Assembly: GCA_004431415.1 (NCBI GenBank)
Contig: QPMI01000223.1
Span: 1 to 30,283 of the forward strand
DNA length: 30,283 nucleotides
Source: Cyanophora paradoxa CCMP329
Taxonomy: Eukaryota; Plantae; Glaucophyta
Reading direction: 5' to 3'
Shown: piece by piece, positions 20,798-30,283 of the stretch
Position numbering within the stretch: the first letter of the stretch is position 1
How the letters are laid out: each line of letters begins with the position of its first letter
Notes under the pieces: model-generated
Databases searched by the model: none
What the model was told of the DNA's origin: nothing
The model's input: the letters and a program-made list of their open reading frames with translations, nothing else
Made by a program: the position numbers and the translations under genes

Positions 20798-22398
20798 CTA
20801 GTGGCGCCCTAACATAGAGACGAGGAGGCCGGTCAGGAGGGCCAGCTGCAGAGCTGCGCCGAGTCCAACCGACGCGGCGGTCGAGGGCCAGTACGTCTCG
20901 GACCCGGACGAGGTGCCGCTGGCGCCGGCAGTGGCGGTGTAGGCGCCGAGCTTGAGGGTGCGGGCGGTGACGGTCGCCTGGACGGCGTCGGCGAGCGCCT
21001 TGCCCGTCGCGTAGGCGCCGCCGCCGCCGAACGAGGCGGCGACGAGGACGCCGCTGCCGGTGCAGGAGATGCCGGCGATGGCGACCTGCGAGCGCGAGAT
21101 GGGGCCCCGGAGCGCGTTGACGGCGACGTACAGCGCGTCCTCCGCCTGCGCCCGCCGTCGGACAGCGTCAACGGAATTCTTAGCAAGAATTTTGAGTTTA
21201 TGAGCTTGAGCGCACGTCGAGGAGGCCGGCGGGGAGGGAGGCCATGTACGCCTCGCACTGGGCCTGGGTCGACTCGAAGCGGATGGAGAGCGCCGCGGGG
21301 GCCGCCTGCACGGCCGCCGCCGCCGCGACGGGCGGCGTGTACGTGAACGTGCCCGGCGCGTACACCTTCACGACGGGGTCGGCGATGCCCGAGGCCTTCA
21401 CCCCGTTGACCTGCGCATGCGGCGGAAACGCGTCAGATATCAATGGCTTATTGGTGCATTCGAGCATCGCGCTCACGGTGACTTGGCCGGCGGTGACGGC
21501 CGTCTTGAGCGCCGTGAAGAGGGCGGAGGCGCCGACGGAGCCGGTCGTGCCGCCGGCGGTGATCTGGTCCCGCACGACGACGCCGACGGCGCCCGTCGTG
21601 GCCAGAAGGCGGCGGGCCGCCTTGCGCCTGTGGGCGCGAAACTCGAAATCATTTTTGAGACGTCGACTGCGCAGCGCTAGCAGGTTAGGAATGCAGAAAA
21701 GCCGCGCACGAGCTCTTGCAGTCGGCGTTGCCGACGGTGATCATTGAGTCGTCGAACTTGTCCTTGTCCGAACGGCCGTTGTTGAGCGTGTCGAGCAGGC
21801 TCTTGCGCTCCTTGTTCGGGTTGAACGAGTGCTTCCAGTCCTTGCACTGCGCAAAAGCCCCCGGGATCAGCTTCATTCACGCAGAGTGACGTCGACAGAT
21901 GATGTATCCATATATATACTAATTATAAGATAAACGATTTCATGCATCAATTAATATTGCCAACGCACCTTGCTCTCGGTGTCGAAGCTGGTGGAGATGG
22001 TGGTGGATTGCTCGGTCACGTTGGACTGCACGACCACCGTCGACGTCGGGCCGGTCACGCCGGCCGTCATCGCCCCGTCCGGCGTGGCGCTCGTCGAGTT
22101 CGACGCCGCCGCCGGCGTCGGCGTTGGCGGCGCCGCGGCCGGCGCCGCAGTGGGGCTCGGGCTTGGCGTGGGCGTCGCCGACGCCGGCGCCGGGGTCGCG
22201 CTCGGCGAGAGCGTCGCGAGACTTGCAATCGGGCTCGGCGACTGCGCCAACGCTGAGCGCAAGATCAACAGCGGCTCGCGATTGCAATGCGTACCGGCAT
22301 GCCGGAGGAGCTCGGGCTGGGGGTGGCGCTGGGGCTCGGACTGGGGCTCGGCGTGGGAACCGCCACCGTGACATTCAGGCGGTGCGCGAAGACGTAGG
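20798..22398 (-). CDS. 3' part of a Pro/Ser/Thr-rich cell-surface protein with an RRLL motif and a hydrophobic C-terminal (GPI-signal-like) tail; interrupted by the Polinton-like element
   Basis: Spliced reading: YVFAHRLNVTVAVPTPSPSPSPSATPSPSSSGMP|SPSP...SFDTESK|CKDWKHSF...DCKSS|RKAARRLLATTGAV...|VNGVKASG...AGLLD|AEDALYVAV...STAASVGLGAALQLALLTGLLVSMLGRH, TAG at 20798-20800. GT-AG introns and GC-rich third codon positions. Confidence 0.75.
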
Positions 22399-22681
22399 AC
22401 ACATAGTAAAATGCGGAGTTTTAACCCTCGGCTTATCATAATTGATTTTGTTGATATATCTCGTATATTCTATTTCAATCAATCGATAATCTGTGTATAT
22501 CTTATCGAATATTCAATTATTTCGATTATTTTGTATTCTTTTCGATATTTTATCGTAAATTTCTCTTATTTTCCGATTAGTCTTACTGAGTTAATCGATA
22601 ATCTGTATATATTTCCGAATAATATAACTGAATCTCAATTATATCTTGCCTCTGGTTAAAACTCCGCATTTTACTATGTGT
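22399..22681. repeat. Perfect 28-bp inverted repeat at the element terminus
   Basis: acacatagtaaaatgcggagttttaacc (22399-22426) is the exact reverse complement of ggttaaaactccgcattttactatgtgt (22654-22681). Confidence 0.97.
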
Positions 22682-22935
22682 GATTGGTCTAAAAGTTAAT
22701 TGATTTAATCGATATTATATTCATGTACTTTCTCGATTAAATTTAATTAAATTTAAATTCATTTAATCGGAAATATATCGCTTAACTCGATTAAGATCCA
22801 TATTAGATTCATTTGTTTATATTAACAAATCGATCTCTTATTGAATTCAATCGTAATTATACATGAAACTTATATGATTTTATCATTGTTTTGTTGAGTC
22901 TAAGGGGGGACCCTTAGGTTTTTTGAAATAATTGG

Positions 22936-23255
22936 GTGTCACAGGTGTCACAGGTCCATCCCAAACTTTTGAAAATTCATTCTTTATAGGAGAAACTTTG
23001 GGATAAACCTGTGACACCTGTGACACATACCATATTTAGTAAGGATCTCTTTTATAATGAAAAACTCAGTAATAATCTTATCTATGTATTTCTAATTAAA
23101 TGAATAAATGATTTAATCGAGTGTCACAGGTGTCACAGGTCCATCCCAAACTTTTGAAAATTCACTCTTTATAGGAGAAACTTTGGGATAAACCTGTGAC
23201 ACCTGTGACACATACCATATTCAGTAAGGACCTCTTATATTGTGAAAATCTCAGT
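22936..23255. repeat. Two direct ~135-bp copies (22936-23070 and 23121-23255), each containing a 91-bp stem-loop
   Basis: Arms gtgtcacaggtgtcacaggt and acctgtgacacctgtgacac form a perfect 20-bp inverted repeat, extended by atcccaaa/tttgggat. Period is 185 bp. Confidence 0.97.
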
Positions 23256-23645
23256 GTTAGTTGGTGTAGTTGATTCAAAAAATGCATTTTATACTCTGAT
23301 TCATTGTTATTTCCTGTGAAATTTGAGTCAACTCAACCCACTTAGTCAACCCTTGCATTGAATTCGTAACAAAATCCATATACTATTACTACTTTTACGA
23401 TTAATATGAGTCAACCTTGAGTCCACTTTAATATAAATATTATATAATAGGGGGAATCAAGGGGAGATGCTTATAAACATATGAATTATTGAGCCTATGA
23501 TACTTACATCGTCAGGCAGGCCTCGTTAAGAGGATTCCGAATCTGTTTTGGTTTTGTCACATGATGAGTTGGTGAAGAGATACATGCATTTTAGTGTTTT
23601 GTATGTGGTTTAATGATATGATGTCATAATGCATGGGTTTTCGTC

Positions 23646-23744
23646 AACAGTTAAATGAACAGTTAAGTGGACACCGTTTCACGATAAACGAGTAGACACT
23701 GCCTACTCCCAACAGGTGTCCACTTAACTGTTCACTTAATTGTT
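23646..23744. repeat. 30-bp inverted repeat (2 mismatches), with a further partial copy of the right arm at ~23833-23856
   Basis: aacagttaaatgaacagttaagtggacacc (23646-23675) versus ggtgtccacttaactgttcacttaattgtt (23715-23744). Confidence 0.92.
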
Positions 23745-24223
23745 CGCAATTTGCTTCATTGTCTTTCAATAGCTTTCCCGCATATCTTGTTTTCAATTGT
23801 TGTTGCAGTACACTATTACAATAGTTGTCTCGTTAACTGTTCACTTATCTGTTCGCTGCGGAAAAAAGACGATGACGGACGTGTTATGTTACGAAATGAT
23901 GTCATAATGACGATGCATATGTATATGATATATATGACACACCATCGAACTCGGGAGATCATGACGATCACGGCGATATATATATGTTATGTGTTTATGA
24001 TACATCATTATTACATCATTATGATGCATCATTCCGAAATCTCGAAAAATCGATAATCGGCATCTTCAAACGCTTGTATCTCATCACCAGATTATCAAAT
24101 CGCAACGTTCTGCATATCGCTGTGAAGCGCTTGAAAAGATCTACAAGACAATGTGTATATCATATGCATATATGTATATCAGTCATACATATATTTGGAA
24201 AAAACGAGTTTTCGCCTAGCAAA

Positions 24224-25607
24224 CTAGCTAGTTTTGGTCCTTTCTCTTAGTGTTCTTTGAGGTTTAGGGGCTGTATATGACTCCTTAGTAGTCTGAAAGT
24301 CATTATACCATCTCTGGCTATTCACTTCTGAAAGTTTCTGTGTTCCTGCTATAGTGAGCTTTTTGAGTTCCCTGTTAACTTTGCCAGCCTTCTCCTTTCT
24401 AGCCTCTATCAAAGGCTTATCTGGGACTTCATTAGAAGCTTCTATACCCTCTCTTCTTATAGCAGCATCAACCCTAGCTTCCTCTTTAGCTTGCTCTAAG
24501 GCATCCACTGTAGGGTTTCCAGATACTCAACTGCATTCACAGGCAACAGCTCATGGAAAGCAAACCTGTTATCTATGATCTCTCCAGTGGGACTCTTTAG
24601 CTTAAACTTAAAGCCTTCTCTACTATCAACAGTGTAAACCATCCTAGACCAATTGTTACCCTGTTTAGCAAAGGGATTCTTCTCCACTTTCACTCTAACA
24701 AACATGCCAGGCTGCATGGTATCAAGATAAGCTATTGATTTCTTGAATCTTTCATCTTCTAATCCTACTATATACCTATAATGCTCCTCTGTAGTTTCAC
24801 CTGGCTTCATCTTAGTAGCTGAGTGAACTGTATTATTGTAATTATACTCAATATCACCTAACACATCAAAGAATCTAGCTGTGTTATTAGCTATGCAATA
24901 GTTTGTGATCAGTCTCTTAATCTGCTTGTTAAAGGCTTCAATTCGACCTTGGCTTCTATGGTCAGCAGTTCCACTCACTTGGTGTTCTATGAATTTACTA
25001 GATAAATACTCCTGGAATATTCGATTTTGGAATTCACTCCCAGCATCTGATTGAACTTTTACTATGGGTCTTGCCACTCTCATTTCAAGCTGTTTAAATG
25101 CAGCTAATGTAGTGAGAGCTGATTTATCCCTTATAGGTATGATATACCCAGTTCTCAGTGTAGATTCCATTGCAGTCATAAAGGTATCATAGCCATTGTT
25201 TTGTTTCTTATAAGCTGGGAAAAAGAGCAAATCAATCACATAGGTATCAAGGGGTTGCCTAATTGGGACCATGGGATCTCTCTTCCTAGATATAGCAGGT
25301 GCATTGATCTGAACAACTTCTTGTTTTTTATAGAACTCTTGCAACTGCTTATAGGATTCATCAGGTAACTCAGCCCTCATAGCTTGAAGCCCTTTGTAAC
25401 CAGTTCTCACATCATAGAATCTCTTGGCAATCTTGCTGGTTTCTTTCACTGCAATAGCAACTGGGATCTCTACTGGGACAAGCTCTTTCATCTCTGACTT
25501 TTTACAATTCGAGATTCTCCCTTTTCCTCCTTGGGAACTGTGATAGGCAGTAGGTTACCTTGTAGTTGCTCAGTGGTTCTCCTTACTATTCTTCCAGTTG
25601 CTGGCAT
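24224..25607 (-). CDS. Polinton-type retroviral-like (rve, DDE) integrase; core ORF 24496-25491 extended at both ends by probable frameshifts
   Basis: YVIDLLF (D1), VQSDAGSEF (D2), SQGRIEAFNKQIK (E), YNNTVHSATKMKP, and an SH3-like GMFVRV...NWSRMVYTV segment. The upstream ATG at 25607 (MPATGRIV...) and the downstream ORF 24224-24508 join by single-base insertions at ~25500 and ~24517. Confidence 0.93.
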
Positions 25608-25610
25608 CTC

Positions 25611-28600
25611 TTAATTAAAAGGAACAGAATTAATACCATCTGGTAAGATGTATCTCTTTGCATCAAAGCAGTTTAGGGCAACCCTTCTACTCACAGTATC
25701 TATTATTGTGTGATCTGCCCTTCTTTTCTGCTTTGCAGTCACAGTCTTGCTGATACCTGCAAATAAACACTCCTTAAAATCATTGAATTGGAGTTCCTCA
25801 GTGGAAGTCCCAGATAGCTTACTTCTCTCAATCTCAGCAGTTCTGAAACTGTAAACTTTGGCTCTCAGACCTACATACTCCAATATAGCAGAACCTGGCA
25901 TCTCATTTTTGTATTTACCTGGGGTCATTCTGTTAGATCCCCCTAAGTCCAGATTAAAGGATATATTCTCTAGGTCTTTTTGGAGGGTCTGAGATTCGAT
26001 ATATAGACAAAAGGAATCAGTATCATGGAATAGTAACTTTGCTTTTGCCCACTGGGACCTTACAGTATCATAGAAGAACTTGTAGTTATGCAGTTTGGCA
26101 GTATCCAAAACATAAGCCCCAATAGCAACAGGCTTATCTAGCTTCACATGTTTTGTGTAAAACTCAAAGGCAACTGCCCTTTCACTTATGGGACTTGTTG
26201 ATTTCACTAAAGGAGAGGCTGCATATTTCATAAACAGTTTCTCACTGTTGGCAATCTTAACCACAGATCTACCTCTACATGATTCAATGCATTTCCCATA
26301 GATTGAGTTATTCATGAGTTTATAGAAATCAGCCTCGAATTTATTCACTGCTTTCCTTCTCATATCAGTGTTCAGCTCAATGTAGGGTTTCATTACAGGA
26401 GCCACAGTAAATGATAGGACCCTGTGAACCTTCTTTAGTTTCACACCTTTGGTCAGAATATACTGTAGAAGAGGCTCAGAAATCACATAGTTTGTCACAG
26501 AACCAAAGGTTGCAGTTAGCTTAGGGGTCTTATCAAGCTCTTCTCCTGAGAGATCCAATAGGCTCTTTTGATATTGTGATAATTCTGCATATTCTACTAT
26601 TTCTTGTTTATAATTAGGGGGAAATCACTGTGATCTAGAAACAGCCTAATTGGGTAATCCAGATCAACTTCCAGGAAACTGGATCTGTTATCTTGTGGGT
26701 TGAATTCGGTCTCCCATCTAAAATCACCAACTGGAATAGGCTGACTCAAGCAGTAGCCATACAAGTTGTTAGCATCAAACAGCATAATATGGGAGTTCTC
26801 ACCATCAGCCTCAGCATACCTACAAGGCATTGTTGCAAAGCCACCCCTGATTCCCCTCTCAACAAATTCGTATTGCTCTACATCACTTATAAGCTCTATT
26901 TTTGCCTTGGTGGTCCTAAGCATAGCATCCCAAGATAACCCAGGTGCAGATACATAATGAACTGGGTCCAATCCATATACTGAGTGTGAAAGCCTTCTGA
27001 AGGCTTGGAATTTGTCCATTAAGTCATCTACATCAGCAGCCCCAAAGTCCATAAAATTACTTGCATCAATGAACTTGTAAAGACCCCATTGCAATGAAAG
27101 GTATTGATCAAAGTTTTTCGAAAGGATTTCGATTCGCTTTTTATCACCCATGCCTGCTATTTTTCTGAAAATGAATGTCCCACATTCATCCATTTGGTCA
27201 ACAACAACTGCAACTTTGGTTTGCTTTGAGATTCTCCTATGTAGATTACAGTTTCTGCATGCAGGAGCAATATAATTGCCTGTGTGATGATCATGATCCC
27301 TGCATTTGAAGTTTTCCTTAGTGAACCTCTCACTGCAAAGGTAACAGTGTTTAGTAGCCTTGTAAATTGCTTTCTGCTCATCTGTGAGTTCATTCATGGG
27401 AATATTGGTAAACAGGAAATCGATTAGTTCTCTTGCTTTGGACTCCAAGCATTCAAACAGACCTCCCATTGGATCCTGCCCCTCAAATCGAAAATCTTGA
27501 ACATCTGCCCCAGTGACTATTCTTATGTTGACTGCTGAGACTTCTCTCTTGGATTTTGATGCATCAATGGGGATGCTTCTATGTTCAATCTTGCAGTATA
27601 CCACAACAGGAAGCCACACAGTTTTCCTGAGGTTTTCAGTCCAAACTCTATGGTGGTCTCAGGCTTAGGAGTGATTCCCTTTGAGAGTCTCCAATCAATG
27701 CATCTGTTTGAGTCCACATGAGCAGTGAGTTTAGCCTCAGACCTGAATCGAGATAAGCATGTGTCACAGTAGTGTAACTTTTGATCCTTGGTTTTATCAA
27801 GGGCAACTCTGAGAAGTCTTGAAAGGGACATGATTGTAATATAGTGACCATTCCCTTCATCATCATGAATGAGCATGAGATTAATCTTTTGCTTTCTGCC
27901 TGGGTTGCTGGATTGATGTAGGGGATATATAACATCTCGATCCATTCCAAATATGTTTATGCTGATGCCTGCATTTTGAGATTCGAATTTATCAATGATT
28001 TCAGCATCACAGGGAACAGGAATGGGATGTTATCGAAATTGAGAGCCAGAGGATGTATGTAGTTGTGAGTATTTCCATTTGCGATATTGTGTTAGCTCAC
28101 TTCTCTTGTGGGAATTCACATCTTTCCTATGGATCCATGCCAAAACTGCATTTTCGAAGCAAGAATCATCAATATTTCGAATATTCACTGTGGCTCTCTT
28201 GGCTGCAATTGAATCAGGTGTTTTAACATAGCAACCACCAGTTGGGCATAACTCATAATAGCAACTCTGAGCATTTCGATTCTCTCCAATCGATAGCTAT
28301 CAACAACATTCATCTGCTCCTGACACATTTGGGCTGCTTTATTCAGCTCAGTTCGAATATTTCTCGATTTGGTTAATACAAAATAATCGCTGTAAATGTA
28401 TTTCGATATCCAAACCTGTGGATTGCTGACTTTTACGAACTTGCAGATAAACGATAAGCGAACTTTGATTGCCCTGAATTGATCTAGACTGTCTCTTAAA
28501 CGTTTTGGTAGAGAGGTTGCAATTCTATCTAAATATTCAATCACATCAACAACAACTTCCCTTCTGGCTCTGTAAGTGAGCCAGCGATATAATTCATTCA

Positions 28601-28850
28601 TTGCTGTACCATCTTCTGCCTCTGGTTCTATTTGCCTCAGGCGATCGAGTTCATCAAGAGTTTCAACTTTATCATAGAGGTTATTGGCTTTTCTGGTTAA
28701 TTTCGCTAAAGTGGGTCTGCCCCTTGAAATAAATCCGATTTCCCGGTCATATTCAGCCTCTGTAATTTCATGGGCTGCATACAGTGTTCCCAGTAATCCC
28801 ATGAGTTCCCATTTCTTCTCTCTAATGAGTCTGTTGCTAATTCGGGGCAT
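25611..28850 (-). CDS. Protein-primed family B DNA polymerase (pPolB), ~1,080 aa after correcting about five frameshifts
   Basis: Motif A LFDANNLYG, motif B KLMNNSIYGK, motif C FHDTDS; also YGLDPVHYVSAPGLSWDAML, GIRGG, GLRAKVYS and DAKRYI. The N-terminal part has NIRNIDDSCF...LNFDNIPFPV...FESQN...GHY (vOTU-like), a CDTC...H...C finger and the EndoVII-like CYLC...RDHDHHTG...CRNCN. Confidence 0.95.
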
Positions 28851-28920
28851 AGTTCCTAACTTGTTCCTACTAAAAGGGGAGGTTTGAAATGGGGATATTC
28901 CGAACGCAAAAATTTGATGA

Positions 28921-28960
28921 AAACTACTTAAAGAAATATCTTCTATATATATAAAAGGAC
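28921..28960 (+). promoter_or_regulatory. Putative element promoter motif, copy 1
   Basis: aaactacttaaagaaatatcttctatatatataaaaggac lies immediately before the ATG at 28962; 38/40 identical to 30231-30270. Confidence 0.7.
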
Positions 28961-28961
28961 A

Positions 28962-29787
28962 ATGGCAGAGAACAAAGCAACATCTTCTCTGGAACGCTTG
29001 AAGGCTACATTAATGTTTCTTTGTGGATCTAATAACTTTAAAGACTTTGTCGCTTTGGGGAGAAGCAAATATATGAACTCTTTGTATTTGAAACTTGCAA
29101 AGTATGATTTGACTCACGAAAGCCTTCCTCCACACTCAAACAGCTGTGCTTGCAAGCATCATATTGAAGAACAATGCTACATCTTGCATGTGGATAAAAA
29201 GATTGTGGTTCTTGTTGGCAACTGCTGCATTAAACGATTTATGCCAAATGGTGCAAGGAGGGAAGATATATGCAAGAAATGCGGAGATCGACATAAAAAC
29301 CGTAAGGATAATTTCTGCAATAATGCAGGATTATCATAAAGGAGGAGGAATTGGAAAGAAAAAAGCAAATCCAGAAAGAAGCAGAGGAGCGAAAGAAACA
29401 ACTTGAATTAGAAGAAAGAGAGCGAAGGCAGAGAGAATTAGAACAAGAAAGAGCAAGGAATAGACATGCAGTTAATCTTTTCCTGATTGGTGCAACCAGT
29501 TCATTCCAAAAATGGATAATCTTCGCAGAGATGATATAGAGAGGTTCAGAGAGGGTAGATCTGCATTGATTGAAATGTACGCAGAACTCAGTACAACAAA
29601 CACATTGGTTGCTGGTTTCAGGTGCCTTTTCTTAAAAAAGATATCGCAAAAGGATAGATTGCAGATGGAATAAGGACAAGAAAACATGGGAGACCTTGGA
29701 AATCGAACCATTTGTAGCATTGCTAGTAAGCATTTCAAACTTATGTATATTGAGAGATTTGGACAGAGAGTTAAAGAACAAAAATGA
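28962..29787 (+). CDS. Cys/His-rich zinc-binding, coiled-coil and DUF5710-like protein (frameshifted in this assembly)
   Basis: CACKHHIEEQCYI...VGNCCIKRF...CKKC...FCN(K)C, then an E/R/K coiled coil, then WFQVPFLKKDIA(K)RIDCRWNKDKKTW, resembling the DUF5710 pattern VPFxEKDxAKxxGxRWDxxKKxW. TGA at 29785-29787. Confidence 0.65.
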
Positions 29788-29788
29788 T

Positions 29789-29812
29789 TTAAAGAATTCT
29801 CTATATATATTA
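29789..29812 (+). promoter_or_regulatory. Putative element promoter motif, copy 2 (shorter)
   Basis: ttaaagaattctctatatatatta lies upstream of the ATG at 29829. Confidence 0.5.
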
Positions 29813-29828
29813 AGAGAGACAGAGGAAA

Positions 29829-30128
29829 ATGCCACTCAGTGAAGCCCAGAAGAGAGCTATGAAGAGTACCAGCAAACTGAAAAAGGTAAGGCTCAAATCA
29901 AAAAGTTTAACGAAAAAATAGCCAACGCTAAGAGATCTATATCAAACCGATGATACCTATAGAGCCATGAAAATAGCAAGTTCATGTCAGCGAAAGTATG
30001 CAGCCAATGCAGTCTGCTTTGTCAAATATTTGTATGATGTCCCTTACTCAAACAGAGGGAGAAATCGAAACATGTCTAAATTATTTTCCCAGCATATTAC
30101 TAGGCTGGGATATGCTGTTTATTGCTGA
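29829..30128 (+). CDS. Small basic hypothetical protein (frameshifted; end uncertain)
   Basis: MPLSEAQKRAMK(K)YQQTEKGKAQIKKFNEK... follows the promoter motif and needs about two frame corrections. Confidence 0.4.
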
Positions 30129-30230
30129 ATACAATTCATCCTTTTTGTACTGAACCACTCGATATATCATGTGGATAAATTTCGTAGGGATACTTTCTCG
30201 ATTTCCAACAAAAAATGATTGGGGGACCCA

Positions 30231-30270
30231 AAACTACTTAAAGAAAAATCTTCTATATATATAAAGGGAC
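30231..30270 (+). promoter_or_regulatory. Putative element promoter motif, copy 3
   Basis: aaactacttaaagaaaaatcttctatatatataaagggac; near-identical to copy 1 and flanked by an imperfect inverted repeat (gattgggggaccc / gggaccccaatc). Confidence 0.65.
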
Positions 30271-30283
30271 CCCAATCGCTGAA

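Larger units (their letters stand above)
22399..30283. mobile_element. Polinton/Maverick-like endogenous viral element, left end (continues beyond window)
   Basis: Abrupt switch from GC-rich to AT-rich DNA at 22399. Intronless, densely packed ORFs. Adjacent rve integrase and protein-primed PolB, and a structured non-coding end. Capsid, packaging ATPase and protease genes are not visible in the window. Confidence 0.92.

Noticed and set aside
8144-22441. Dozens of 60-350 aa six-frame ORFs as independent genes
   Set aside because: They are explained by high GC content and read-through of exons into introns of the three spliced genes.
22399-22681. Stand-alone MITE
   Set aside because: The flanks (cgtagg / gattgg) show no target-site duplication, and the same AT-rich sequence style continues past 22681. 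Not fully excluded.
22936-23255. CRISPR-like array
   Set aside because: Only two long copies with near-identical interiors, no unique spacers, no cas genes, and a eukaryotic context.
22411-24250. ORFs 22411-22659, 23751-24056 and 23984-24250
   Set aside because: Low-complexity translations of the repeat-rich non-coding element end.
2060-28200. Functional link between the LINE Ulp1-like proteases and the Polinton vOTU-like protease
   Set aside because: They belong to independent elements about 16 kb apart, and vOTU is a standard part of Polinton pPolB. Co-location is probably chance.
25611-28850. Programmed ribosomal frameshifting or an alternative genetic code in PolB
   Set aside because: There are too many breaks, they lack canonical slippery heptamers, and the same pattern occurs in unrelated genes. 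Sequencing error is simpler.

Overview
Eukaryotic (protist/alga-like) nuclear DNA in four parts. (1) 1-~6003: the 3' half of a 5'-truncated non-LTR retrotransposon on the minus strand. Its RNase H domain appears split by a ~1,200-aa insertion carrying an unknown domain and two tandem Ulp1/SENP (C48) protease domains, one catalytically dead and one apparently active. A CCHC zinc knuckle follows. (2) ~6003-8150: non-coding DNA saturated with short perfect palindromes. Two diverged copies of one repeat show that every indel between them creates a palindrome. (3) ~8198-22398: three intron-dense host genes with frequent GC-AG introns and micro-exons: a patatin-like phospholipase (+), a full-size ABCG/PDR transporter (+) and a Pro/Ser/Thr-rich, probably GPI-anchored surface protein (-). 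(4) 22399-30283: the left end of an AT-rich Polinton/Maverick-like endogenous viral element inserted into a coding exon of the surface-protein gene. It has a hairpin-rich ~1.8-kb non-coding end, an rve integrase, a group-2-type protein-primed PolB whose proofreading exonuclease is degenerate and internally deleted, and small divergent genes with a shared promoter motif. Both mobile elements carry many single-base deletions in short base runs, most likely long-read errors. All family assignments come from motif recognition by eye; no database search was run. Exon boundaries and gene starts are approximate.
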